The notes under the pieces were generated by a model, which was not told the origin of the DNA, ran no database searches, and saw only the letters and a program-made list of their open reading frames with translations. From NCBI GenBank assembly GCA_965219415.1, contig CBDCNP010000002.1, positions 2,240,001 through 2,304,000 of the forward strand: a DNA stretch of 64,000 nucleotides, given 5' to 3'. This DNA comes from Candidatus Marinacidobacterales bacterium. Lineage in GTDB: Bacteria > Acidobacteriota > Vicinamibacteria > Marinacidobacterales > DATDRI01. Below, piece by piece: positions 52,311-63,150 of this stretch. The position numbers and the translations under genes were made by a program. Position 1 is the stretch's first letter, and every line of letters begins with the position of its first letter.

Positions 52311-53213
52311 TTAGCCTGGTTCTCCGAAGTGATAAATGATGGCGATGACAGCGACAGTCCAAAGGCCTACCGCCGCGAGAAGCGGTCGATCGTTGATTAG
52401 CACGAGCGAAGGGTTTCCACCTTCATCCCGCTGGTGGACTAAGTACAGGTATCGAAAAATCCCGTACAAGACGAATGGCAAAGTCCAAACCAAGCGGTCC
52501 GTGCCGAACTTGAAAACCGTTTCTGGCGACTGGGTGTATAGGGCATAGGACAACAAAGTCGAAGCGGTCACCACGGCGATCATCTGGTCCAAAAGAGAAA
52601 GGCTATACTCCCCCAGGATCCTCCTGTGCCCGGCCGCCCCATCTGCCAGCAACAAAAGCTCATGACGACGCTTGGTTAGGGCTAAGAACAGCGCGAGCAA
52701 CATAGTACAAACGAGTAGCCAATTACTGAAGGCGACGCCGATCGCCACCGCGCCGGCGATCGCCCTCAAGACAAATCCAAAAGAAAGTGTGAGAACGTCC
52801 AGAATGACCACGTTCTTCAAGAACAACGTGTAGCAAACCATCAGCGCGAAATAACTGAAAGCGGTCACCCCGAAGGAGGCTTCGAGTGCGAAACTCCCCG
52901 CCAGTCCCCCCACTACCAATATCGCGGCCGCACCTTGCGCCAGCCCCGGCGACAGTCGTCCGGAGGCGAGAGGTCGCTGGCGTTTGACCGGATGGAGCCG
53001 ATCTTGTTCGAGATCGACCAGGTCGTTGATCAGGTAAACGGCGCCGGAAAGTACACAAAACAGCAGAAACGCTTCGAGTGCCGCAACGAGCGACGGCACA
53101 TGAAACAGCTGGCGAGCGAAGATCAGAGCCGCCAATACGACTAGATTCTTCGACCACTGATGAGGACGAAGTGCTAGGAGAAGATAGTAAAGCTCGGGGC
53201 CATGGGATGCCAA
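52311..53213 (-). CDS. decaprenyl-phosphate phosphoribosyltransferase-like (UbiA family)
   Basis: RPHQWSKN, YLINDLVD...DRLHPVKRQRPLASG, KRRHE and YGIFRY motifs. Confidence 0.88.
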   Translation of the reverse strand: MASHGPELYYLLLALRPHQWSKNLVVLAALIFARQLFHVPSLVAALEAFLLFCVLSGAVYLINDLVDLEQDRLHPVKRQRPLASGRLSPGLAQGAAAILVVGGLAGSFALEASFGVTAFSYFALMVCYTLFLKNVVILDVLTLSFGFVLRAIAGAVAIGVAFSNWLLVCTMLLALFLALTKRRHELLLLADGAAGHRRILGEYSLSLLDQMIAVVTASTLLSYALYTQSPETVFKFGTDRLVWTLPFVLYGIFRYLYLVHQRDEGGNPSLVLINDRPLLAAVGLWTVAVIAIIYHFGEPG

Positions 53214-53296
53214 AGCACCTTCCGGCTTTCCCTCGGTTATCGGCTGCTCTTCGGGAATCTTCGTTGGCTTCTGGATATTTCGGTAAGCTTGCTCGC

Positions 53297-53632
53297 TCAG
53301 AAACTCTGGACGGCCTTCTCCTCATCGTCGTAGGTCTCGAAGACAGTCAGCAATTTCGTAATGGAGAGAAGGTCCTGGATGCGCTTCGTCAAGTGCAGGA
53401 GCTTCAGCTTCCCGTTCTTGCGGCTCGCCGTCGTGTAGCAGCGCACGATCTCACCGAGACCCGCACTGTCCACATAGGGCACATCGGCAAGATTGAGCAC
53501 GATCTTGGACTTCCCGCCCTCGACCAGGCTATTGATCTTCTCGCGCAGTAGCTCGTCACCCTCTCCGATGAGCATTTTGCCCTTCAGGTCCAGGACGGTG
53601 ACTTCGCCAACGGTTCTTTCCTCAATCTTCAT
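53297..53632 (-). CDS. STAS domain anti-sigma-factor antagonist
   Basis: VPYVDSAGLG motif; 111 aa. Confidence 0.92.
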   Translation of the reverse strand: MKIEERTVGEVTVLDLKGKMLIGEGDELLREKINSLVEGGKSKIVLNLADVPYVDSAGLGEIVRCYTTASRKNGKLKLLHLTKRIQDLLSITKLLTVFETYDDEEKAVQSF

Positions 53633-53753
53633 GATAAGAACTCGCCTCTTGCCAATGGGTCCGAGAGAAACTTCGGCCGTAAAAGCCTGTAAGTGTTATC
53701 ACGAAAGGCGAAGTAGTGTCAAGCATACGGCACTATGTTAGACTCGCCCACCG

Positions 53754-54746
53754 ATGGAATACCCCTTTGTCGACCGGCTCCGGGAGCGCGCCCGGGCCTC
53801 TCGAAAGCGGATCGCCTTCCCCGAGGCGACCGAGCCCCGGACCCTCAAGGCCGCTCGCACGATGGAGGACGAAGCCGTCGTCTGGCCGGTCCTGGTCGGC
53901 GACCCCGACAAGGTCAGCCGCGCCGCGGATCAGGCCGGTATCTCACTCAAGGGAATAGAGATTCGCTCCCCCATCGAAGAGGGTGATCTCGAGGTTTTCG
54001 CCGAGCGCTACCACCAAAAGTCCCGCCACAAAGGCATTTCCGAAGACGAGGCGCGCCAAGTCGTGGCCGACCCGATGTACTTCGCGGCCTGCATGGTCCA
54101 GTCGGACGATGCCGCAGGCTACGTCGCCGGCGCCCACCACACCACCGCGGAGACCGTGCGCCCCGCCATCCGGGTTCTCGGAACGCAGTCGGGCGTCAAG
54201 TGGGTCTCGAGCTTCTTCCTCATGGTGCTTCCGGCCGGCAAAGGAGAATATATCTTCGCCGACTGCGGTGTGATTCCCGATCCCGATACCAACCAGCTCG
54301 TCGAAATCGCCCAGCTGGCGGCGGCTAACTCCCGGCTCTTCTTGGAGGCCGAGCCGCTGGTGGCGCTCCTTTCGTTCTCGACGAAGGGCAGCGCCCGTCA
54401 TCCCATGCTCACCAAGATCACCGAGGCCGCCGAGACACTTCGAGAGAGGTCTCCAAGGTTGGCGAGTGATGGAGAGCTTCAGGGGGATGCGGCCCTGGTC
54501 GCCGAGGTTGCGGCGAGCAAGGCCCCGGGCAGTCGTGTAGCCGGGAAGGCTAATACCCTCGTATTTCCAGATCTCAACTCAGGGAATATCGCCTACAAGC
54601 TGGTAGAACGACTAGCCGATGCGCTCGCGCTGGGCCCCATTTTGCAGGGCCTGGCCAAACCGGCCAACGACCTCTCCCGAGGTTGCAGCGTCGAGGACAT
54701 CGTAAACGTGGCGGCCATCACTTCGATACAGGCCGATCGAAGGTAG
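53754..54746 (+). CDS. pta: phosphate acetyltransferase
   Basis: [28 protein letters not shown] and DLSRG motifs. Confidence 0.95.
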   Translation: MEYPFVDRLRERARASRKRIAFPEATEPRTLKAARTMEDEAVVWPVLVGDPDKVSRAADQAGISLKGIEIRSPIEEGDLEVFAERYHQKSRHKGISEDEARQVVADPMYFAACMVQSDDAAGYVAGAHHTTAETVRPAIRVLGTQSGVKWVSSFFLMVLPAGKGEYIFADCGVIPDPDTNQLVEIAQLAAANSRLFLEAEPLVALLSFSTKGSARHPMLTKITEAAETLRERSPRLASDGELQGDAALVAEVAASKAPGSRVAGKANTLVFPDLNSGNIAYKLVERLADALALGPILQGLAKPANDLSRGCSVEDIVNVAAITSIQADRR

Positions 54747-54759
54747 GGCCAGGCTTTTG

Positions 54760-54960
54760 CTAGTCGCCGTGCTCGCGGCGCATCTTCTTCCTCTGCCGCT
54801 TTCGCGCCAGCGCTTGCTTCGCGCGACGCTTATCGCCTGGCTTCAGATAAAAGGAGTGTCTCTTGATCTCCTTGATGATGTCTTCCTGTTGAACTCTTCT
54901 CTTGAACCGGCGCAGAGCACTTTCTATCGACTCATTCTCTTGAATTCTGACTTCGGCCAC
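54760..54960 (-). CDS. rpsU: 30S ribosomal protein S21
   Basis: ESIESALRRFKR and FYLKP; 66 aa, basic. Confidence 0.96.
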   Translation of the reverse strand: MAEVRIQENESIESALRRFKRRVQQEDIIKEIKRHSFYLKPGDKRRAKQALARKRQRKKMRREHGD

Positions 54961-55011
54961 GCATAAACACCCCCCTTACATTCAATTTTGGACCCTTCGG
55001 CCGAATTATCC

Positions 55012-55041
55012 ATCATAAAGGCGGGGGGCTATGGTTGTCAA
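55012..55041 (-). promoter_or_regulatory. rpsU promoter
   Basis: TTGACA-N18-TATGAT on the minus strand. Confidence 0.6.
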
Positions 55042-55099
55042 GTCCTTATTTATAAGTAAATTGCGGGCGTTGAGGGCTTCTCACCCCTACTTGTATCTC

Positions 55100-55129
55100 T
55101 TGACACTCCGACAACCAGCGTGGGATAAT
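55100..55129 (+). promoter_or_regulatory. purD promoter
   Basis: TTGACA-N18-GATAAT with an extended TGn. Confidence 0.6.
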
Positions 55130-55175
55130 CGGCCCTCAGAATGGGGCCTAACTCTCTCAAAAAGAAGGTCTTGAA

Positions 55176-56483
55176 GTGAGAGTTCTCGTCGTCGGCGGAG
55201 GCGGCCGAGAGCACGCCCTCGTCTGGAAGCTCAAACAGAGCCCCCTCCTGACCGAGATCTACTGCGCGCCCGGAAATCCCGGAATCGCGGCCCTGGCCGA
55301 CTGCGTGGACATCGATCCCTCAGACATCGTCGAGCTCGCTGATTTCGCCGAGAAACTTTCCATCGGTTTGACCATCGTCGGTCCCGAGCTACCGCTCATG
55401 CTGGGCCTCGCCGACGAGTTCGAAAAACGAGGGCTACCCGTCTTCGGTCCCAGCCGCCTCGCCGCGGAGCTCGAGGGAAGCAAGGCGTTCGCCAAAGAGT
55501 TTATGGCGAAGCACGGCATTCCCACCGCGAAGTTCAAGGTCGTGAACGACGCCGACGAAGCCAAGTCTGTCATCAAAAAGGGCGAGATCGGCCTACCTCT
55601 CGTCATCAAGGCCGACGGGCTCGCCGGCGGCAAAGGCGTTGCGATCGTCGCCACCAAGAAGGAAGCCCTCTCGGAAGCGGACCGCTTGCTCACCGACAAG
55701 GCTCTTGGAACCGCAGGGAGCAAGGTCGTCCTCGAGGAATGTCTCGAAGGAGAAGAGGTCTCCTTCTTCGTCTTGTCAGACGGAGCCAAAGTCTTTCCGT
55801 TCGTCGCCGCCCAGGATCAAAAAAGAGCACTCGATAACGACGAGGGACCCAACACCGGGGGCATGGGCTGCGTCTGTCCGGCCACCATACTGAGAGCCGA
55901 AACCCTCAAGCGCATCATGCAAGAAATTGTGCTGCCTACGATCTCGAAGATGGCCGCCGACGGCCGGCGTTATCAGGGCGTTCTCTACTGCGGCTTGATG
56001 GTCACGAAAGACGGTCCGAAGGTCTTGGAGTACAACGTTCGTTTCGGAGATCCCGAGACCCAAGCCGTGCTCCCACGATACACCGAAGACCTGCTTCCTT
56101 TATTAAAGGAGGTGGCGGACGGGAAGCTGGGCCAGCATAAGCCGGAGTGGAGTCGCGACCCCGCCATCACCGTCATTCTTGCCTCCGGTGGCTACCCCGG
56201 AAGCTACGAGACCGGGAAGAAGATCGAGGGTGTGGATCCCGCCAAGGGGGTCGAGATCGACGAGGGCGTCCACGTCTTCCACGCCGGTACCAAGAAGGAT
56301 GGGGACGCTTTGGTAACCGGGGGCGGCCGAGTACTCGCGGTCACCGGCGTCGGTCAGAATCTCAAGGCCGCCATCGAGCGGACCTACAAGGCGGTCGACG
56401 GCATCAAGTTCGAAGGGATGCACTATCGAAAAGACATCGGCCAAAAAGCCTTGGCGCGCATGTCCGGCGAGGGGACGTCGTGA
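55176..56483 (+). CDS. purD: phosphoribosylamine--glycine ligase
   Basis: [21 protein letters not shown] and RFGDPE motifs. Confidence 0.97.
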   Translation: MRVLVVGGGGREHALVWKLKQSPLLTEIYCAPGNPGIAALADCVDIDPSDIVELADFAEKLSIGLTIVGPELPLMLGLADEFEKRGLPVFGPSRLAAELEGSKAFAKEFMAKHGIPTAKFKVVNDADEAKSVIKKGEIGLPLVIKADGLAGGKGVAIVATKKEALSEADRLLTDKALGTAGSKVVLEECLEGEEVSFFVLSDGAKVFPFVAAQDQKRALDNDEGPNTGGMGCVCPATILRAETLKRIMQEIVLPTISKMAADGRRYQGVLYCGLMVTKDGPKVLEYNVRFGDPETQAVLPRYTEDLLPLLKEVADGKLGQHKPEWSRDPAITVILASGGYPGSYETGKKIEGVDPAKGVEIDEGVHVFHAGTKKDGDALVTGGGRVLAVTGVGQNLKAAIERTYKAVDGIKFEGMHYRKDIGQKALARMSGEGTS

Positions 56484-56983
56484 GCAAGCCTCTCGTCGGC
56501 ATCCTCATGGGAAGCGCCTCCGACGCCGAGGTCATGACCCAGGGAGCGGAAGTTCTTCGCGAGCTCGGCGTCCCCTACGAGATCGGAATTTACTCCGCGC
56601 ATCGGACTCCTGATCGCGTGGAGAAGTTCGCGTCACAGGCCGAAGAGCGCGGCATCCGCGTACTCATCGCCGGCGCCGGAGCCGCCGCTCACTTGGCTGG
56701 CGCCGTTGCCGCACGCACACATCTACCAGTCATTGGCGTGCCCCTCGCGGGGACTGCACTCTCTGGAATGGATGCCTTGTTGGCCACCGTCCAAATGCCC
56801 GCCGGCTTCCCCGTCGCCACCGTGGCGATCGGCAAGGCGGGAGCGATCAACGCCGCGTTACTCGCGGCACAGGTTCTGGCCCTCCAGGATCCCGATCTCC
56901 GCAAGCGCCTCGCCGAGTACCGCGAGCGCAAAGCGGCCGCAGCCGTCAAGGCCTCAGAAGAACTCTCCCAAAAAAACCAGTGA
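56480..56983 (+). CDS. purE: N5-carboxyaminoimidazole ribonucleotide mutase
   Basis: MGSASD, SAHRTP, AGAAAHL and QMPAG; GTG start overlaps the purD stop. Confidence 0.96.
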   Translation: MSKPLVGILMGSASDAEVMTQGAEVLRELGVPYEIGIYSAHRTPDRVEKFASQAEERGIRVLIAGAGAAAHLAGAVAARTHLPVIGVPLAGTALSGMDALLATVQMPAGFPVATVAIGKAGAINAALLAAQVLALQDPDLRKRLAEYRERKAAAAVKASEELSQKNQ

Positions 56984-58807
56984 CCTGGTCGAGGGCGGTG
57001 GCTCTTTCTTGCGCCGCGGCGTTCTTCTCGACCTGTAGCAAGACCCCCGACGACAGCTATGAGGCCGGCGTTCCGTGGGAGCTCGCCGAGCACCGTGCCC
57101 AAACAATTTCCAATCTACGGTACGAAACCTCCCTCAACATTCCCGACGCGGCGGGTGAATCGATTCGAGGCAGCGAGAAGGTAACCTTCCACCTCAGCGA
57201 GGCGGATAGTCCGGTCGTTTTCGATTTCGCGCAGCCCGAAGAGAACGTTATCTCGGTTTTGGTTAACGGCCGTGCCGCCGACCACGAGGTGGCCAGTGAG
57301 CACTTGGTGATTCCCGCCGAGTCTTTTCACGCCGGCGAGAATGTGGTGGATATCGATTTCATCGCCGGCGACGGCTCCCTCAATCGCAACAACGACTTTC
57401 TCTACACACTCTTCGTACCCGACCGAGCACGGGTCGCGTTTCCCGTTTTCGATCAACCGAATCCAAAGGGTCGCCTCAAACTGAGCCTAGAAATTCCTTC
57501 TTCCTGGCGGGCGGTCTCGAACGGGAAACTCGAAAACCACGAAGTCGCCGGGGACCGAGCCGTCTTCCAGTTCGCCGAGACGAAGCCCATCAGCACATAC
57601 ATTTTCTCCTTCGTGGCGGGCCGTTTCGAGATGGAGACGGCGGAGCGAAACGGGCGGCAGATGCACATGTTCCACCGCGAGACCGATCGCGAGAAACTAG
57701 AACGGAACCGGGACGTTATCTTCGATCTCCACGCCGGCGCCCTGGAGTGGCTCGAGGATTACACGGGGATCTCGTACCCCTTCGAGAAATTCGATTTCGC
57801 CCTCATCCCTTCTTTTCAGTACGGAGGGATGGAGCATCCCGGAGCCATCAACTATCGCGCCGATGGTCTCCTTCTGGACGAGTCGGCCACCCAGAATGAG
57901 CTCTTAGGACGAGCCGGCGTCATCGCCCACGAGACGGCACACATGTGGTTCGGGAACCTCGTCACTATGGAATGGTTCAACGACGTCTGGATGAAAGAGG
58001 TCTTCTCGAACTTCATGGCTGCCAAGATCGTCAATCCCTCGTTTCCGGAGGTTGACCACGAGCTCCGCTTCCTGCTCACCCATTACCCCGGCGCCTACGG
58101 CGTCGACCGCACGGACGGAGCCAACGCCATTCGTCAAGAGCTCGAAAACCTCAGCCAGGCGGGCTCGGTGTATGGCGCCATCATCTATCAGAAGGCGCCG
58201 GTGGTGATGAAGCACCTCGAGCTTTTGCTTGGCGATGAGCGGTTCCGCGAAGGGGTACGGGAGTACCTGGATCGCCACCGATTCGCTAACGCCACGTGGC
58301 CCGACCTCATCCAAATCCTCGACGGAAAAAGCGAAGAGGATCTCGATGCCTGGAGCGAAGTCTGGGTCGAGGAGCCACGCCGGCCGACCATCACTACTGA
58401 TCTCGACAGCGAAGGCGGCGCGCTTCCAATTTGCACTCCCTTCTCTCTCCGCGGATCCAAAGATACGGAACCCATTCTTCGAGGGTTTGAAAGAGACCGA
58501 GAACCGCGAGCATGAGCCCTGGGTGTTGGACGCGGTCCGGTTCCTAAATCATCCCCTCCGCGCCGAGCAGGCCGAGCACTACATTCGCCCGAGCCTCGAT
58601 CTCCTCGAGGAGATCCAGCGCACCGGCGACATCTTCTTTCCCAAGGGATGGCTCGACGCGACCCTAGGAGGTCATAGCTCTCCCCGCGCCGCCGCCATCG
58701 TTCGCGACTTCCTAGACCAAAAGGCTGACCTACCGCCAAGGCTACGGCAGAAACTGCTTCAGTCGGCAGACCCCTTGTTTAGAGCCGCGAGCTTGGCAAA
58801 GCCCTAG
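56980..58807 (+). pseudogene. M1 family aminopeptidase with an internal deletion and frameshift near 58420
   Basis: GGMEH and HETAH-x18-E motifs; the C-terminal piece (REHEPWV, TGDIFFP) follows in another frame. Confidence 0.82.
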
Positions 58808-58812
58808 CTCCT

Positions 58813-58890
58813 CCGCAGCCTGTGAGCTACAACCGCAGCTCATGGCCCCACAGCCGCAACTCATGAGATAAAACCGCAATCTGTGAGCCG
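58813..58890. repeat. four degenerate 20-21 bp tandem repeats
   Basis: CCGCA(G/A) at 58813, 58833, 58854 and 58874, each followed by TGTGAG, CATGGC or CATGAG. Confidence 0.6.
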
Positions 58891-58916
58891 CCGGGCTTCG
58901 GGAGATGTATTGATAC

Positions 58917-59345
58917 TTAGGGGAAAACAGTGTACCCAACCTTTCTGAAGTCGTCGTCAAAAGTAAAGGCCTCCCCGATCTGAAATCGGTCCATCGTTGC
59001 GAAGGATGTGCAGTCGGTGAAGGACAACAGCTGGTCGTCGTACTTCTTGAAAAGCTTCCAAGCGGCCTCGCGCGTCGCGTCGTCGATACTAACTAGCTTG
59101 ACCAGCCCGCTTCTCCTCAGGATGTCTCCCACTTTCACGGCCTGAGCGTGTCCCGCCCATCTCCGGAGCGCGGTGAGCGTCTCACCGAAGACGTCACTCG
59201 TAGTGAGCATCATCTTCCTGCCAGCTTGGAGTTTCTCCATGGCTTCGACCGCCGGTTCATGCCAGTCATCATCCCTCATGAAAATACCCACAAGAGCACT
59301 TGTATCGATGAGCACCCAGCGTCCGCTCTGTCGAGGACTCTTCAT
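58917..59345 (-). CDS. PIN domain (VapC-like) toxin
   Basis: LIDTSA, ETLT, SFTDCTSF and TFDDDF motifs. Confidence 0.9.
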   Translation of the reverse strand: MKSPRQSGRWVLIDTSALVGIFMRDDDWHEPAVEAMEKLQAGRKMMLTTSDVFGETLTALRRWAGHAQAVKVGDILRRSGLVKLVSIDDATREAAWKLFKKYDDQLLSFTDCTSFATMDRFQIGEAFTFDDDFRKVGYTVFP

Positions 59346-59354
59346 GTTACGCAA

Positions 59355-59711
59355 TCAGTTTCGATCGTAAACGACGTCATCTTCCGATTGCCCGGGTTTA
59401 CGACGGCTGCGGGCGATGGAACCGATGTTCTTCACGAGCGGATCCGATTTCCACGCGGCCTCGATCGACTTCGCATCCACCACTTCGAAATACCATTCCC
59501 GACCTCGCTTCACACTGTCGACCGTGGTTCCCCGTTCACGAAGCTCGTTGATAATGCGAAACGCGGTAGCCGGGGAAACCCCGAGGGCCCGCGCGAGAGT
59601 CTTCGTCGTATGGCGTGCACTCGTCAGGTGAATATAGGCGTGTTCCAAAACCGCTGAGTTATTGTCCCTATCTCCTTGCGTCCCTCTCGAAGCCTTCTTT
59701 GTTGCAACCAT
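59355..59711 (-). CDS. HTH protein, putative antitoxin
   Basis: LARALGVSPATAFRIINELRERG HTH; C-terminal DDVVY tail; directly upstream of the PIN gene. Confidence 0.7.
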   Translation of the reverse strand: MVATKKASRGTQGDRDNNSAVLEHAYIHLTSARHTTKTLARALGVSPATAFRIINELRERGTTVDSVKRGREWYFEVVDAKSIEAAWKSDPLVKNIGSIARSRRKPGQSEDDVVYDRN

Positions 59712-59748
59712 GATAATGATATTATTATGACGACAATGTTATTGTCAA
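59712..59748 (-). promoter_or_regulatory. toxin-antitoxin promoter with overlapping inverted repeats
   Basis: TTGACA-N18-TAATAT-N7-ATG; inverted repeats GACAAT-GTT-ATTGTC and ATAATGAT/ATTATTAT. Confidence 0.65.
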
Positions 59749-59772
59749 GGAGATACTGACAGAGAACGGCGA

Positions 59773-60351
59773 TCACGCTCGTTCCGGCGCTTCCAGCGCT
59801 CGGCGGAGCCAGATCTTCGCCACTCTCCAATCCCGCTTGACGGTCGAAGGAGAAAGCCCGAGGACTTCAGCCGTTTCTTCGGTATCCAACCCACCGAAGT
59901 ATCTAAGCTCGACGATACGACACTGCCGGGGATCGATCTTCTCTAGCTCCGTGAGGGCTTCGTGAAGGGCAAGCACGTCAAGATCGTCTGCGTGGGTCGG
60001 CGTTCTTGCTTCATCGAACGTGATCCGGGTGACGCTGCCACCCCGTTTGGTCGCGCTGCGCTTCCGTGCATGCTCGACCAGAACGCGTCGCATCAGTTGT
60101 GCTGCGACCGCGAAGAAATGCGCCCGGTTCTGCCAGTGAACTTGGCGCGTGCCGAAAAGACGGAGGAAAGCCTCGTGGGTAAGGGCGGTGGGCTGGAGAG
60201 AATGTCTCGCTCTCTCGCCGCGAAGCTGATAGCGAGCCAGGCGACGAAGCTCGGAATAAACGACGGGAATCAGCTCGTCGAGCGCCTCGTCGTCGCCTTT
60301 CTTCCAAGCCACGAGTAGGCCAGTGATATCGGGTCGTTCCGGAGTGCTCAT
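59773..60351 (-). CDS. ECF sigma factor (TIGR02999-like, kinase-associated)
   Basis: LQPTALTHEAFLRL, RAHFFAVAA, VELRYFGG and TVKRDW motifs. Confidence 0.9.
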   Translation of the reverse strand: MSTPERPDITGLLVAWKKGDDEALDELIPVVYSELRRLARYQLRGERARHSLQPTALTHEAFLRLFGTRQVHWQNRAHFFAVAAQLMRRVLVEHARKRSATKRGGSVTRITFDEARTPTHADDLDVLALHEALTELEKIDPRQCRIVELRYFGGLDTEETAEVLGLSPSTVKRDWRVAKIWLRRALEAPERA

Positions 60352-60405
60352 AGGCTCGCGTGGAACACGTTCGAGCGCGAAAGACTACGTATGTTTCTAC
60401 CATAT

Positions 60406-63079
60406 CTAATCGGTGGGTACGAGCCGCTCCAGCTCCTGAAACCAATTGAGGACCACGACAACTTCCGTCGACGCCGATTCCTCCTCGCCCTGAACCATCA
60501 AGAAGCGTTTGCCATCGGGTGAGATGTCGTAACTCCTAAACGTTCTGTCGCCTACCTCGAACCGTCCGTCGAAAAGCTTCGACGGCCTTCCCGGACTGAA
60601 CTCGGTTCTCGCTTCGACGGGCATCGACACCATGCCGCCGCCGGGGAAGGCGCGATAGAAGATCTCCTTGCCGTCCGGACCCCAAACCGGATGGTTACCC
60701 CCGTCGGTAGAGATGAGCCATCTCCCTCCGGGACCCGGGTAGGCGCGGACATAGACTTCCGGCCGCCCCGATTCATCCGAGACGTACGCCACCCAGCGAC
60801 CGTCGGGTGAAATGCTGGCGCCCAGCTCATTAAAAGGAGTCGCGAGAAGCGGCCCGGATGTGCCGTCACCTTCCATCGGAAGCGTCCACAGGTCGAATCC
60901 TGCCGCATTGCTCTCCTTGGCGAAGGCAAAGGCCCGTCCGTCGGGCGACCAAGACAATGGCCAGTGATTCTCGTTTCCTTCGGTGAGACGTTCGGTGGGG
61001 CCGCTGCCGTCGGCAGGCTTCCAATACAGGTTGTTCTTCCCGTCCCGGTCCGACAGGAAGACGACTCGGCGTCCATCCGGACTCCAGAAGCCGCCCCGGT
61101 CGTGGCTCTCCGACAGAGTTAGCCGAGTCAGCGTGCCGCGAGCGATGTCGTAGACCCAGACATCGGTGTTTCCCTCGCTCACGATCGACACCGCAATCCG
61201 CCTTCCGTCTGGAGAGATCTGCGGAGCGTCGTATGCGTTCCGAACGTCGGTGATTTCTTGTGCCTTCCCAGAGCGATCCACCCACACCAGGGTCTTCTCT
61301 TCGTCCGCGCCTCCGGGGACAAAAACGAGTGTTCCATTGTTGGCGACTTCGAACTTCTGGACCGCGCCTCCGACTCCTTCCAGAACGGGAACTTCGAGGC
61401 CGGTGACCTCGAGATCGCCGAGGTCGAAGGGCACGGCGCGAAGCGTCCCCGCCTGGCCGAAGACCAAATGACCAGATGAAGCATAGCGCGCCCACGATGC
61501 GTTCTGCACGAGATCCCGATGCTCGCCCGACTTTAGGGAGACCACACCGATCGTCGCGTCTTTGGAATCGACACTGCGGCGACCTGCGGTGGAGACGAGT
61601 AAGCCCTTTCCACGGGGAAGTACTTCAAGAGGCCAGTGGCCTTTGCCTTCTTCGGGCTTGGTAACGATTACTTGTGAGCCGCCGGCTGCCGAGACGGACC
61701 GCATGCCCGGATCCGCTACGAGCGAGCGGAAATAGATCTGGTCGTCGGGTCCCCACCTGCCTTCACTCACGTCGGCGGCATCACAGAGACTCATGGGCGT
61801 GCCTCCCGTCACCTCCACCTTCTTGAGCTTGTTCTCGGCAAAGAAACCCACCCACCGTCCATCGGGCGAGAAAAATGGATTGGTCGCGCCGTCCGTGCCG
61901 TCCAACGCTTTCGCGTCGAGTTGATCCATCGGGGCGTACGTACAACCTTCCGTTGGCGGGATAAGCCAACTTGCTGCCGTCGGGCGAGACCGCGAGGTTG
62001 CCTTGGAGCGGCGGCGTCGACAAACGTAGCTTCGTGACCGGTCCCGGTGCAGGGGCGTCCGTCGCGTTCCATGTCCAAATTCCGACCGCCGTGGCTAGGA
62101 GGGCGAAGAATCCCACCGCGAGCCAAGGCGCTATTCTCGACAACGCCGAAGGCGCAGGCGCGATAACGACATCTTCCAACGACTCCTCGGGTTCGTTGAG
62201 AGTCTCTTCGATCTGAAACCGCACATCCCACACGTCGCGATATCGTCGGTGTGGGTCTTTGCTGAGGCAGCGCTTCAAAAGCCGCCGAACACTAGCGGGC
62301 GTCGACTCGGGCAACCAATCCCAATCGGGATCCTGCTTGAGGATGGCGGCAAGCGCATCGGAGAGAGTCTCTCCATCGAAGGTCGGGCGACCGGTCAGCG
62401 TCTCGTAGAGACAGCAACCGAATGCCCAGATGTCGGTCCGCTTGTCGACGGTCTTGCCACGGGCTTGTTCCGGGCTCATGTACCCCGCGGTACCGAGGAG
62501 CATTCCGCTTTCCGTGGCCGCCCGGGTAATGGTCGGCGACTCGGAAAGATCGCCCGACACCGGTCCCGAACCAGACCTTTTTGCCAATCCGAAATCGAGC
62601 ACCTTGACCTTCTCATCAGGCGTGAGCTTGATGTTGGCCGGTTTCAAATCCCGGTGGACGACTCCTTTTTCATGCGCGGCCTCGAGAGCTTCCGCGATCT
62701 GCAGGAAGATGGGTAGTGCCTCTTCGAGGGGGAGGCCTGGCCGCTGCCCGACTCCATGGACGGGGCCACTCATCTTGATCCGGTCCCGGAGGGTATCCCC
62801 TTGAACGAGCTCCATCACCAGGAAGCGCGTGTCGCCACTCACCTCGAGGCCGTGGAGAGTCGCGATGTTGGGATGATTCAGGGAGGCGAGAAGGCGGGCC
62901 TCCCGCTCGAAACGCGCCAGAAACTCCTCGCTGTCGGCCAGCGCGCTCGCCAGGACTTTGATCGCTACCTCCCGGCCGAGCGTGGTATCACGGGCCCGAT
63001 ACACCTCACCCATGCCCCCCTTGCCGAGAAGCGACAAGACCTCGTATCCACCTAAAGTGTCGCCAACCGTTACGGGCAT
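60406..63079 (-). pseudogene. Ser/Thr protein kinase with PD40/TolB-like propeller, frameshift near 61930
   Basis: GKGGMG, VAIK, HRDLKPAN, DFG and SPE motifs; transmembrane helix; repeated SPDG; ends VVLNWFQEL. Confidence 0.88.
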
Positions 63080-63150
63080 GAGCCTACCCTCCTTAATCCC
63101 CACATCTAGATAGGCGCAGGAAATGGCGTCCGGGGGTCAGGGAAATCGGG

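Noticed and set aside
58813-58890. Possible CRISPR array
   Set aside because: The units are too short and degenerate, have no spacers, and no cas genes are nearby.
58742-58960. ORF containing MSCGCGAMSCGCSS, superficially metallothionein- or RiPP-like
   Set aside because: The Cys pattern is the reverse-strand translation of the 20-21 bp repeats. The ORF overlaps both neighbours and has no ribosome-binding site.
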